A DNA stretch of 64,000 nucleotides from Nemertoderma westbladi (taxonomy: Eukaryota; Animalia; Xenacoelomorpha). The notes below the pieces were generated by a model. The model saw nothing but the letters and a program-made list of their open reading frames with translations, was not told where the DNA came from and made no database searches. The position numbers and the translations under genes are program-made. Each line of letters begins with the position of its first letter. Within the stretch, counting starts at the first letter, position 1. Below, piece by piece: positions 1 to 12,974 of the stretch. Location of the stretch: the NCBI GenBank assembly GCA_032718475.1, contig JAUCBJ010007484.1, positions 124,001 to 188,000 of the forward strand, read 5' to 3'.

Positions 1-2673
1 ATAAACAGGGTCATTTATAATATCGGCTTCATTGTCAAGGAAGTCCGCAAGCTCATTGAGAGTGGGTTCCCTTTGAGAACGAGCACGAATACCGTGAGCA
101 ACTCGACGCCATCTTGCAAGATGCTCAGTTGGTAGGTTAGAGGCAAGTTGTTTGAGGTTCGAGGTAGCATTCATTTCATGACTGTTGCTTAAGTGCTGAA
201 GAACGGTAACCTTACTTCTTACCTTATCAGCATAGTCACGAAGTTTTTCCCTTTTTATTCCAAAAGATCCATTTAAATCTACAGAAGAGACGAGATCTCT
301 TAGTGTAGCTTCAATGATTACACTAGGGTGACCATAACGTTTATGCAAGGTCTCCCAAGCCTTAGTGTAACCATTTGAAAGTCCTTCATAAGCCTCAACT
401 AGCTCATGAGGTTTGCCAGACGTGTATTGTAAAAGGTACTGCAATTTTTCCACATCAGAAAAATCACGTAAGTCGATATGAGCCTTAAAGGTAGCCACAA
501 AAGATATATACTTAGCTGAATCACCACTCAATTTTGTAGGTTCAGGGCGTGGCAAGGATAGCTTAGTATTTAATTTGCCTAAGGCATCTAGGGTGTGAGA
601 GAGACCAGAATCTTGTAAGGCAAAATCTGATGGTGCACCATTGTGTGGGTTGGATAATGGGGACCCTCCAAAATAGACACCACTTGTTACTATAGTGGGG
701 TCACCTGCAATGGAAATAGAAGATCTATCATTAGGGTTCATGGATGTAATACTCGATAGTGCAGAAATAGGAGCATTTCTATCGAAATATACTGGACCAT
801 TGTGTCCCCCCATGGCAAATTGTACATGATTTGAATTAGGAGCATTTACTGCAGACTGACCAACAGAGATTGAACTAGCAGTTACAGATGCTACGGGATT
901 ACATAAAAATCCAGGAGTCTCACTGTATTGATACTGTAGGCCAGTGGTACTATATGGGAAATATTGTCCCTCGTCATATAAGTTTTGTCCCCCCATGGTA
1001 AATGATGGGACGTGAGATATATTATGGGTATTGTATCGCGCAGAAGAGGCAAACTTGGGGTGCCTCTCTCGTGCAGATTGTCCCGGAACATTGCTGGGAC
1101 ATGATGGGACACTTTGACCTATGGGGTGGGAAGGGTGGGGGAATTTTCCCCCTATGGGGCATGTTGAAACATATATAGATGGACATGTAAGGCTATTTAC
1201 ATCAAGAGATGTAAATGCCACAGGCTCCTCTTGACTATATTGTTCCCGGCTGGTAGTAAGATAGGATGGGACATATTGTCCTCCAGAAGTATAGGATGAA
1301 TAAATGCATTGTCCGGCCGAGGAACTTCTTGGATATCTTTGAGAATACTGACTTAAGGAAGATGCAGTATTAAAAAGCGATGTTGGGGGTATAAAGAGAC
1401 CAGTTGTACAAAAATTACCTAGTGGGATAATTTCAGAAACTCTACTATTAATTAGCGCACTAGTAGGTCTTATAGGAGAAGTAAGAGAAAAAATTGGAAG
1501 TTGAGATGACACTACTGATGTTGTTTCTACAGTGACAGGGTAGGAATGAGATTGACTAGACTGCAGATTATTTTGTGCTGATTCATAGGAATCTGAGGCA
1601 CTCACATTAACAGGTAGGCCCGTGGTTGCTATGGCAACAGGGTCGACTGGAGACTCTGATTGGATCCTTGTATTAACAGTCACATTATTGTTAAGATTAC
1701 TTTCAGTTTGTACACTAATTGGTACGTCATACGTGGGAGATCTTTTTGGTGATTGTAATAGCGCAGAAGCTACATAATCTGCTTCTGCTTCTCCAAATTC
1801 AGGTGATTTCAACTCTAAAGCTTCTTCAAGTGCTGCAAGTGCAAGAGCATCGCGTAGGCCACGTTCCTTTGCCAAGCGAGTAATTTCTTTCTGTTGCCGC
1901 TCTGATTTTTGTAATATCAATGTGTCAGCCTGATCTGCCTGAGCAGCTGCTCCTGACTGCTCGAGCTGTAGCAGGAGTAATTTTCGCTTGACTTTGGCAC
2001 GATGAACTCTAACTGATGCGCTCGTCGAGGCTCGAGAATGTGCTGTAGAACCAGAGTGAGTTGAAATTGTTCGATTACGTTTGAGCTCGCCAACTTGCAA
2101 TTGTTCATGAGATGATACATACTGTGGAACATCTGAAGACACAACTACAATAGGTATGGCGTTACTCCGACATGTCTGGGTCTGAGTCACGGTCTGCTCA
2201 TTGCTATTAATATATTCGCGAATGTCATTGAGTTTAGATTCAAGGTCTGACAGTACAGTTACTGATTGTGCAGCTAGCTCACGTGACACATCAGAAAAAC
2301 CAAATCTTTCGAAATCGAAAGTTGATTTTTCATAGTGACTACACAAAGATTTGTATACATTAATACAAGAATTAAATATAGAATCGATATTAGTGGGGTC
2401 GAATGTAGCAGACCTTTGAATGGTAAACTCATTGAAACGTCGTGTAAAATGAGCCTTATAACCAGCAATCGTTCTCTTTACGTGAGTTAGATTAGGTACT
2501 GAACTCTCACTAGACATTCCTACGGTAGGATTTACAACAGATGCAACAGGAGTTGGTGAGATAACGTTTTCAATACGTGTAGATTTAAGAGGTGACTTAC
2601 CAGACTGTGTGGATACATCAGATTCCGAAGCTGAATGAATTTCGTCGTCCATTTGAACACCTTTGTTGTCCAT
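1..2673 (-). pseudogene. gag: BEL/Pao retrotransposon gag (DUF1759-like), frameshifted; runs off the window edge
   Basis: Manual translation of the reverse strand at ~600-240 gives LSLPRPEPTKLSGDSAKYISFVATFKAHI...EKLQYLLQYTSGKPHELV...GYTKAWETLHKRYGHP, matching the BEL gag block of E2 (ECLKYLQVYTGGPAYDIV...AWRALDREYGHP). Probable ATG near 2673. Confidence 0.75.
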
Positions 2674-3247
2674 ATTTGTATCCAAATTAAATAAAGGTGT
2701 CGTCTTCAAAATTAAAGTCTAGCTACAGTAGTTAGAATCGCCTAAGACTGTACTACATACCAACTTGGCTACAAAGGCTTAGTAACGTGGTATAGTAAAG
2801 AATTACTAAGAAATAAAATAATTAATATTCAATTTAATTTATTTATTTATAATTGTAAATTTCATAGAGTTTTATTTGAGTTTTCCCAAACTGTAAGAGC
2901 GGTTGCTATGCTCTTGTGTATAAAACAATAAGATGATCTATGTGATTGTAATATGTTCAACTATAGTTGGATTTCACCCAGTTTACACGGTTACGTCCCA
3001 TAAAGAAGAATAATTTGTTTATTTGATTGGGAATTAGGAGCATATTTATTATAGAAAATATATAAGATAATAATATACGATTATAAGCGGTAAGGGGTAA
3101 TAAGATAACGGAAACATAAGAACATTAATACATAATAAGAGATCTAATAATATAAACGTAAAATATCGTAAGAGTCAAGAATACAAAGTAATAAAGAGTG
3201 TTAATAGGGGGAGTTTCCGTTTGGGAAACTGCGGAAATGAGACCAAC

Positions 3248-3581
3248 TATAGTGAATGAGTAATGTTGAGCTCAGTAAGTTGTAGAAATACAGTGAAGTA
3301 ATAATAGGGGTGACAGTGTGGTGGGCCTTGATTGGTTAATGGGTAATAAGGGATTGTAGCGCAGTGGAGATACCTACCTAATATGGCTGAACAGGAGTGA
3401 AGGGAAGAATACAGCTGTTTATCTGTATAGGATAAACGGCTGTGAATGGGGGCAGCCACTAATGGTCGAATGAGTATATTGGAGATGAGATAGATATTGG
3501 TTTGCAACAATAAGCTGGGATAATGGGCGGTAATGTAATGATAATATATTTTTTATTGTTTGAGAGAGACCCGCCACTACA
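3248..3581 (-). mobile_element. 5' LTR of the BEL/Pao element at the window start
   Basis: Minus strand begins TGTAGTG and ends CACTATA (near-perfect terminal inverted repeat). It is followed after 2 nt by TGGTCTC... (PBS-like) and then the gag region. Confidence 0.6.
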
Positions 3582-5683
3582 GATTGTAGGATGTATGTTT
3601 GAGTGTAGACTTTAGAACCATAACAGGGTGTATGATTGTAGATTGTAGGATGTATGTTTGAGTGTAGACTTTAGAACCATAACAGGGTGTATGATTGTAG
3701 ATTGTAGGATGTATGTTTGAGTGTAGACTTTAGAACCATAACAGGGTGTATGATTGTAGGATGTATGTTTGAGTGTAGTCTTTAGAACCATAACAGGGTG
3801 TATGATTGTAGGAAGTATGTTTGAGTGTAGACTTTAGAACCATAACAGGATGTATGATTATAGGATGTATGTTTGAGTGTAGACTTTAGAACCATAACAG
3901 GGTGTATGATTGTAGGATGTATGTTTGAGTGTAGACTTTAGAACCATAACAGGATGTATGATTATAGGATGTATGTTTGAGTGTAGACTTTAGAACCATA
4001 ACAGGGTGTATGATTGTAGGATGTATGTTTGAGTGTAGACTTTAGAACCATAACAGGATGTATGATTATAGGATGTATGTTTGAGTGTAGACTTTAGAAC
4101 CATAACAGGGTGTATGATTGTAGGATGTATGTTTGAGTGTAGACTTTAGAACCATAACAGGATGTATGATTATAGGATGTATGTTTGAGTGTAGACTTTA
4201 GAACCATAACAGGATGAATGATTGTAGGAAGTATGTTTGAGTGTAGACTTTAGAACCATAACAGGGTGTATGATTGTAGGATGTATGTTTGAGTGTAGAC
4301 TTTAGAACCATAACAGGGTGTATGATTATAGGATGTATGTTTAAGTGTAGACTTTAGAACCATAACAGGGTGTATGATTGTAGGATGTATGTTTGAGTGT
4401 AGACTTTAGAACCATAACAGGGTGTATGATTATAGGATGTATGTTTGAGTGTAGACTTTAGAACCATAACAGGGTGTATGATTGTAGGATGTATGTTTGA
4501 GTGTAGACTTTAGAACCATAACAGGGTGTATGATTGTAGATTGTAGGATGTATGTTTGAGTGTAGACTTTAGAACCATAACAGGATGTATGATTATAGGA
4601 TGTATGTTTGAGTGTAGACTTTAGAACCATAACAGGGTGTATGATTGTAGATTGTAGGATGTATGTTTGAGTGTAGACTTTAGAACCATAACAGGGTGTA
4701 TGATTATAGGATGTATGTTTGAGTTAGACTTTAGAACCATAACAGGGTGTATGATTGTAGGATGTATGTTTGAGTGTAGACTTTAGAACCATAACAGGGT
4801 GTATGATTGTAGGATGTATGTTAGAGTGTAGACTTTAGAACCATAACAGGGTGTATGATTGTAGGATGTATGTTAGAGTGTAGACTTTAGAACCATAACA
4901 GGGTGTATGATTGTAGGATGTATGTTTGAGTGTAGACTTTAGAACCATAACAGGGTGTATGATTGTAGGATGTATGTTAGAGTGTAGACTTTAGAACCAT
5001 AACAGGGTGTATGATTGTAGGATGTATGTTTGAGTGTAGACTTTAGAACCATAACAGGGTGTATGATTGTAGGATGTATGTTAGAGTGTAGACTTTAGAA
5101 CCATAACAGGGTGTATGATTGTAGGATGTATGTTTGAGTGTAGACTTTAGAACCATAACAGGATGTATGATTGTAGGATGTATGTTTGAGTGTAGACTTT
5201 AGAACCATAACAGGGTGTATGATTGTAGGAAGTATGTTTGAGTGTAGACTTTAGAACCATAACAGGATGTATGATTGTAGGATGTATGTTAGAGTGTAGA
5301 CTTTAGAACCATAACAGGGTGTATGATTGTAGGATGTATGTTTGAGTGTAGACTTTAGAACCATAACAGGGTGTATGATTGTAGGATGTATGTTTGAGTG
5401 TAGACTTTAGAACCATAACAGGGTGTATGATTGTAGGATGTATGTTTGAGTGTAGACTTTAGAACCATAACAGGATGTATGATTGTAGGATGTATGTTTG
5501 AGTGTAGACTTTAGAACCATAACAGGATGTATGATTGTAGGATGTATGTTTGAGTGTAGACTTTAGAACCATAACAGGATGTATGATTGTAGGATGTATG
5601 TTTGAGTGTAGACTTTAGAACCATAACAGGGTGTATGATTGTAGGATGTATGTTTGAGTGTAGACTTTAGAACCATAACAGGA
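3582..5683. repeat. 52-bp tandem satellite (~40 copies; some 59-bp variants with an extra GATTGTA)
   Basis: Unit GATTGTAGGATGTATGTTTGAGTGTAGACTTTAGAACCATAACAGGGTGTAT; period checked at 4741/4793. Confidence 0.97.
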
Positions 5684-6224
5684 TTTTGGTCGGGATGATA
5701 GATGACTGCCAACACATCTTCTAGCCATATTGAAGACAAAAAGTGACAAAAGATAGGCAAAAGAGTGACAGGGTCAGCAGTCCTTGATGGTGATGGTGTA
5801 TCGAGGGAACAATGGTGCACAGATCAAGTAAAATTGCAAATAGGATCAAGATGTGGTACATTTCAAAAGGAAATACAATCCAAATAATCTACTATAGTTC
5901 AATTATAAAGTTCAGTTAATCGCCCTATTTGATGTGGTTCGATTTCACAAGTCGAATGATAATGAGGAATCCATGCGTTGGTTCTTACGGCATCCGCCAT
6001 ACACAACACCCCAAGGCTGCTGTAATTACTTAAAACAAATCCCCAAATTTATCAGATTAAATTAGATTATTTTGGTGCTGCGTTCGTCGCGTTCGTTACT
6101 TTAGGGATAATGTTTAAGGATTGGGGTGGGGGGGGGGGGGGGGGGGGGTGGATGCGCTCCTCAGTATATTAATAATTATCCTTTCTGACCTATAATCTCG
6201 TATAATTTGCTGCCCAATTTATGT

Positions 6225-8463
6225 GTAGATACTGTATCGTGTTTAGGGTAGATACTGTATCGTGTTTAGGGTAGATACTGTACCGTTTTTAGGGTCGATA
6301 CTGTATCGTGTTTAGGGTAGATACTGTATCGTGTTTAGGGTAGATACTGTATCGTGTTTAGGGTAGATACTGTATCGTGTTTAGGGTAGATACTGTATCG
6401 TGTTTAGGGTAGATACTGTATCGTGTTTAGGGTAGATACTGTATCGTGTTTAGGGTAGATACTGTATCGTGTTTAGGGTAGATACTGTACCGTTTTTAGG
6501 GTCGATACTGTATCGTCTTTAGGGTAGATACTGTATCGTTTTTAGGGTAGATACTGTATCGTGTTTAGGGTAGATACTGTATCGTGTTTAGGGTAGATAC
6601 TGTATCGTTTTTAGGGTAGATACTGTATCGTGTTTAGGGTAGATACTGTATCGTGTTTAGGGTAGATACTGTATCGTGTTTAGGGTAGATACTGTATCGT
6701 GTTTAGGGTTGATACTGTATCGTGTTTAGGGTAGATACTGTATCGTGTTTAGGGTAGATACTGTATCGTGTTTAGGGTAGATACTGTATCGTGTTTAGGG
6801 TAGATACTGTATCGTGTTTAGGGTAGATACTGTATCGTGTTTAGGGTCGATACTGTATCGTGTTTAGGGTTGATACTGCATCGTGTTTAGGGTAGATACT
6901 GTATCGTGTTTAGGGTAGATACTGTATCGTGTTTAGGGTAGATACTGTACCGTTTTTAGGGTCGATACTGTATCGTCTTTAGGGTAGATACTGTATCGTG
7001 TTTAGGGTAGATACTGTATCGTGTTTAGGGTAGATACTGTACCGTTTTTAGGGTCGATGCTGTATCGTGTTTAGGGTAGATACTGTATCGTCTTTAGGGT
7101 AGATACTGTATCGTGTTTAGGGTAGATACTGTATCGTGTTTACGGTAGATACTGTATCGTGTTTAGGGTAGATACTGTATCGTGTTTAGGGTAGATACTG
7201 TATCGTGTTTAGGGTAGATACTGTATCGTGTTTAGGGTAGATACTGGATCGTGTTTAGGGTAGATACTGTATCGTGTTTAGGGTAGATACTGTATTGTAT
7301 TTGGGGTAGATACTGTATCGTGTTTAGGGTAGATACTGTATCGTGTTTAGGGTAGATACTGTACCGTTTTTAGGGTCGATACTGTATCGTCTTTAGGGTA
7401 GATACTGTATCGTGTTTAGGGTAGATACTGTATCGTGTTTAGGGTAGATACTGTATCGTGTTTAGGGTAGATACTGTATCGTGTTTAGGGTAGATACTGT
7501 ATCGTCTTTAGGGTAGATACTGTATCGTTTTTAGGGTAGATACTGTATCGTGTTTAGGGTAGATACTGTATCGTGTTTAGGGTAGATACTGTATCGTGTT
7601 TAGGGTAGATACTGTATCGTGTTTAGGGTTGATACTGTATCGTGTTTAGGGTAGATACTGTATCGTGTTTAGGGTAGATACTGTATCGTGTTTAGGGTAG
7701 ATACTGTATCGTGTTTAGGGTAGATACTGTATCGTGTTTAGGGTAGATACTGTATCGTGTTTAGGGTCGATACTGTATCGTGTTTAGGGTTGATACTGCA
7801 TCGTGTTTAGGGTAGATACTGTATCGTGTTTAGGGTAGATACTGTATCGTGTTTAGGGTAGATACTGTACCGTTTTTAGGGTCGATACTGTATCGTCTTT
7901 AGGGTAGATACTGTATCGTGTTTAGGGTAGATACTGTATCGTGTTTAGGGTAGATACTGTACCGTTTTTAGGGTCGATGCTGTATCGTGTTTAGGGTAGA
8001 TACTGTATCGTCTTTAGGGTAGATACTGTATCGTGTTTAGGGTAGATACTGTATCGTGTTTAGGGTAGATACTGTATCGTTTTTAGGGTAGATACTGTAT
8101 CGTGTTTAGGGTAGATACTGTATCGTGTTTAGGGTAGATACTGTATCGTGTTTAGGGTAGATACTGTATCGTGTTTAGGGTTGATACTGTATCGTGTTTA
8201 GGGTAGATACTGTATCGTTTTTAGGGTAGATACTGTATCGTGTTTAGGGTAGATACTGTATCGTGTTTAAGGTAGATACTGTATCGTGTTTTGGGTAGAT
8301 ACTGTATCGTATTTGGGTAGATACTGTATCGTGTTTAAGGTAGATACTGTATCGTGTTTAGGGTAGATACTGTATCGTGTTTAGGGTTGATACTGTATCG
8401 TGTTTAGGGTAGATACTGTATCGTGTTTAGGGTAGATACTGTATCGTATTTGGGTAGATACTG
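6225..8463. repeat. 23-bp tandem satellite (~95 copies)
   Basis: Unit GTTTAGGGTAGATACTGTATCGT, with recurrent variant blocks. Confidence 0.97.
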
Positions 8464-9239
8464 ATAGTAATTTATTTAATAATTATTTTACTATGTTGCC
8501 TCTAATTTAGGTAAGAAGTTACCGTTATCAAGTAATAAATATAGTATAGGGTCCGCAACTCTAAATAATTTTTATTTAGAAAAGTTACAAAATTCAGAAA
8601 AGTTATTTTTAAAACCCGTTTCTGAGGATTTCGTTTTTCAAAATCTACTTAGCCTATCAGCCTCAAAAAGTACCGGTCTAGACCTAATACCTGCCCGTTT
8701 TCTTAAGGATGGTGCTGAAGTACTTAAATGCCTATTACTTTTATTATTAATTACTCTATTGTAGATAATGTAGTACCAGACGAACTGAAATTAGCTAAGG
8801 TTGTTCCTCTGTATAAAAAGAATAGTAAAGTAGAACCCTGTAATTACAGACCTGTTAGTATCTTAAGTATTGTATCTAAAATTCTAGAACGTTCTGTTTT
8901 TCTACAGCTGGAAGCACATCTTAGTAGGCTAAATCTGATCTATGAACTTCAGTCCGGCTTTCGTAAATCATATTCTACAGACACCTGCCTTATTAACTTA
9001 ACTGATACAATTAGATGTAATAACGCAAAGGGTTTATATACTGGTATGGTAATGTTGGACCTACAAAAGGCTTTCGATACTGTAGATCATGCAATTCTGC
9101 TTGGTAAGTTAGGCCTTATGGGTGTAGGTTCTATAGACTGGTTCAAGTCGTACCTGTCAGACAGATTTTTACATGTACAAGAGATTACCTGTGGTGTACC
9201 GCAAGGTAGTATAGTATATTAGGTCCTCTGCTTTTTGTA
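8464..9239 (+). pseudogene. CR1/L2-group LINE ORF2 reverse transcriptase, 5' part
   Basis: ORF 8728-9222: [50 protein letters not shown]; ends at GPLLF. Confidence 0.92.
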
Positions 9240-9374
9240 GATAGATAGATTTATTTATACATTATGTAAAAAACAATAACAAATACACCAAACAATGCAC
9301 CGGTATAAAGGTATTGTCCAACATAACATATAGGATTACCCCTAAAGCTTTGCAGCTTATTTCCAAGGGGGTCC
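9240..9374 (-). mobile_element. LINE 3' terminus (3' UTR stem-loop and microsatellite tail)
   Basis: Minus strand reads GGACCCCCTTGGAAATAAG...GGGGTAATCC, then AAATAAA and a (TCTA)n tail, typical of CR1/L2-group 3' ends. Confidence 0.7.
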
Positions 9375-12300
9375 TTTATGTTACTTGGTGGGATAAATAT
9401 TTCTCAATTTGACGCAACACCGCCGCGGCCGCGCTATGAGGGAGGTGAATACCGCGGCCGCTCCTAAAGCCGCAGGCCATCGCTAACTATATAGGTTAAC
9501 TTGGGATTCTGGGGGACTTTTCGATGAAGGAACTGACCAAATTTTTTTATTTTCTCACCAGGGGAGCGGCTCGGAATTCTAAGATATTAGCAACTCTAAC
9601 ATTATTAAATCTAACCTTTCGACGGACACGGCGGACAAAAAACCGTCATTTTTTCGACAATTTTAAAATTTTTTTGAAAGGCGCTCTACAGTGGCTCGAA
9701 AAAACCCTAGGTTATTGCTTAGCCGACGCCGGGATACGATAGAAGGGATTAATTAGTGAATTCGTTTTTTTTTCAAAAAAGATTACCACGCCTTTTTTCC
9801 GAAAATGTCCGTCAAAGTTGAAAAAACGGACAAAATGACTTTGCGGGATCCGCTATAACTCGGCTAATATTAATTGTACGGGGACGAAAGTAACGCGGTT
9901 GGAAAGGGGAAGAGTGGTACTACCTTCGTATCGAATGGGGGTAAGATATTTATTAAAATTTCGGGTGGAAAAAGGGGCTGTAAATTTGTACGTTTTTGTC
10001 CGTCTTTTTTGGAAAACTTATTTCCGAAATGTTTAATTGGACAACGCGGGTAGGAATCCACTAATTCTTTTTTGATACTCGTAGAAGACCATTGGGGCTA
10101 CGTTCCTATCGAATGGGGGTACAAAAAATATGTCGGCAATAGGGGCCAAAAAGGGCCATAATTTGTAAAGTAGTTTTTATCGAATAATTGTTTATTTTTA
10201 ACTTTAGTTGGTTAAGGTACATTCTATACAGTCAATATCCATACGGGGAATTCAAATATGCTATCGGTTTTGCTCCAAGGATGATATTAAAAAAATGAGG
10301 GCCAAAATTATAATTTCGCGCTTCAAACTTGCTTCGCGTGAAATCGTCTAGCTCGAAAACTACTTAACTTACGGGAGATTTGTTTACACAGACTTATAGT
10401 GCGTTAAATTATCTATCTAACAGCGTTAATCACAGCGCCGGATGTATTATACAACTGGAGCGGCAGGCGATCGTGTGAAATATAATATTTATAAAAAGGG
10501 ACGAAAAATTTTTTTTTTTAACAAATCGCTATTCCATTGTAATTTAGCGTATTGCGCCAAAAGTATCTGTAAAAAGTATCAAATTAACTCCGCTATCTTT
10601 TATCTTAACATATATAATTAAAATTACGAATTTTAAGGGTCGAAAAATATCGCGTTATTTTGGCCCTTTTTTTAATTTTTTTGGGGCCAAAAATAACCCC
10701 TTCTCAAAAGATTAAGAAAAAAATTACGGCAAAGAATATACCAATTTTATTGAATTTGGACCACCAGAACCGAAGTTAGAGCGATTTTAGTGAAAAAATA
10801 AAAATATTTTTTTTTGCAAAAAAATTAAGAATGGTCAGGTCAATATTGGATTTCGAACCCGCGAACTTAGGTTTCATTAACGTGATTGATAACCACTAGA
10901 CTATGTGACCAAGAGAATTTGAAATTTTCGAGTGACTATTTTTAAACATAAATAACTTCGGTTCTACAGGGCCGTTTGACCTGAAACTTTTTTCATTGGA
11001 TAGAGGATAGATTGTAGTGTGTGAAATAGGATAAAAGACTTGGGAAAAGACTTATGTGCACTTAGTGCAAAATGCACTTAAATAGTGAACATTTTTTCGA
11101 TATTTCAAACACTATTATTTCCAGTTCTATTCATCGTAGAATGTTATTTTTTGGATTAAAATGTAGTTTGGAATGATTTCTAACTATAATCGTAACATTT
11201 GTTTAACTTTTTATGTCTATAAAGTGACTTAAAATGTCCATGAATATGGTCCAAAATCGCAAATCCAGATTTATTAAATTGGATTTTTGACACTTTTAGC
11301 GACTGACACTTGATCATACACCATCGTAGATCGGTAGAGGATAAACATAAGTTTGTTAAATAAGAGCCACCATTACGATCTGCTAAAGTGCATTTGTACA
11401 AATAAGTGTGTAAAAGTGCAAATTTTTTAATAAGTTCAAATTATATAGTATTGGGTTATTTTCTTTGCAGATACTTTATTTTCATATTAATATGTTGTTT
11501 GAACCTTACTGAGCGCATTAGGGGATATGCGTACAAATAACCGGCCCTTATGAGGCTTCGATTGGGTAAATTAATAAAACATAAGGTTGTATAGTGTAAT
11601 ATTCTAAAAACCAGTGTAATATTAAATGCACTTTAAACAATAAATAGAGATCAAACAACAAATGGACCACACAATTAAAAACTCGCACAATTTTGTACTT
11701 ATTATATCGCTTCAAATTAATTCAACAGTGGATATTTGGGGGAAGGGGGAAGTTACAGTGTGCATTCGGGGGAAGTTTGGTGAACTGCATTTATGCAGTG
11801 AATCCAAACTTCCCCCTTTGATATATCATATACTTAAGACATGCTAGGGTGACGGGGAAACATTTGTTACTGTCACACTTTGCTTCCATTTATCCTATCC
11901 TTTATTATTACCCCAGTCAGATAAGAGATAATAAATCAGTAAAAACTAAACTAAACTGTCTTTCATGCAAACAAATTTCTAACTAAAGACGGGTGAATGA
12001 CCATGACCATGGAAATAATTTAAATATAATTGTATATCAACTATTTGGGGAGGCTTCCAAGTTAAACCCGAAAACAATTATTTTGTTACGTAAATAACGT
12101 TGTATGTTCTTCTTCCTCTCATAATAAAATATAAATGAAATATCTCAGATCGCCATGTCCTGTAACATTTCACAACCAAAATATTTAAGTGTGAAAAGTG
12201 TAGGCCTACCACACTCCGCCCAAACAACCGCAAACGCATAGCCAACAAATTTAACAAAAGGTTACATACATGTTGGGTTCATGACGAGATGAGTGAAAAT

Positions 12301-12413
12301 TGATCGCGTAATATAAAGTAAAAAATTAAGAGACGGGCTGGCTCTCCTCCACTTTCTTACCCAATTGATATGTTGTTGTAATAATCTAATATTGGGGCGG
12401 CTTTCTCTCGGTT
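9375..12413. mobile_element. Non-coding interspersed repeat, copy 1 (possibly Helentron-like non-autonomous), inserted in the LINE 3' UTR
   Basis: 9858-12413 aligns with 12983-15548. T-rich left end (TTTATGTTACTTGG), right end GGGGCGGCTTTCTCTCGGTT, no obvious TSD, no coding capacity. Confidence 0.6.
10832..10910 (-). ncRNA. tRNA-derived (Pol III A/B box) segment inside repeat copy 1
   Basis: Minus strand GGTCACATAGTCTAGTGGTTA...GGGTTCGAAATCCAATATTGACCTGACCA: A box TAGTCTAGTGG, B box GGTTCGAAATCC, GGTCA/TGACC acceptor-like pairing. Confidence 0.5.
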
Positions 12414-12974
12414 ACAAATACAATATTACACTACGCTAACCTAAAACCAATATAAAACGTAATTACACTATGTACATGTACAACTTTATCGAGAGCGTGA
12501 CAATGTCCGACTCAACGATAAAGATGTAATGTACAGAACAATTTATTATAAAGCGTATTTACAGTATAAATAGTAAATAATTAATAAACTAATAACTTAC
12601 TGTAGGACTATTGTACCTATTTTTACATTGCACACGGAGGTGAGATTTAACTGCAGATTTAAAAGAATGTTGATTATTTAGGTTTTTAATTTCATTAGGC
12701 AGAGCGTTCCAATTTTTTATGCCGTTAAAAAAGAAAGTATCAGATTCAAAGGATTTACAATTCGGAAGGTAGAAGTTTGAAGCACCAGCTCTGGTACTGT
12801 AAGAGTGTGTATCGCGTACTCTGTTGAATTTTTGTTTTAGGTAATTGGGACATTTACCATTATACACTTTATGCACATGGTTAAGGCGTAGCTGCTTAAC
12901 TCTACTATCTAAGTTAAGTAGTCCAGATTCAGAAAAGTCATCTGGAGTTAGGTGGTGCCTAGGTGGCATGATAT
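12414..12974 (-). pseudogene. CR1/L2-group LINE ORF2 C-terminus and 3' UTR
   Basis: ORF 12589-12984: PPRHHL...RVKQLRLNHVHKVYNGKCPNYL...HSYSTR...TFFFNGIKNWNALPNEIK. Confidence 0.85.

Noticed and set aside
3582-8463. Satellites as CRISPR arrays, and ORFs 4430-4630 and 5563-5820
   Set aside because: Head-to-tail units without unique spacers, eukaryotic context, no cas genes; the ORFs are repeat translations.
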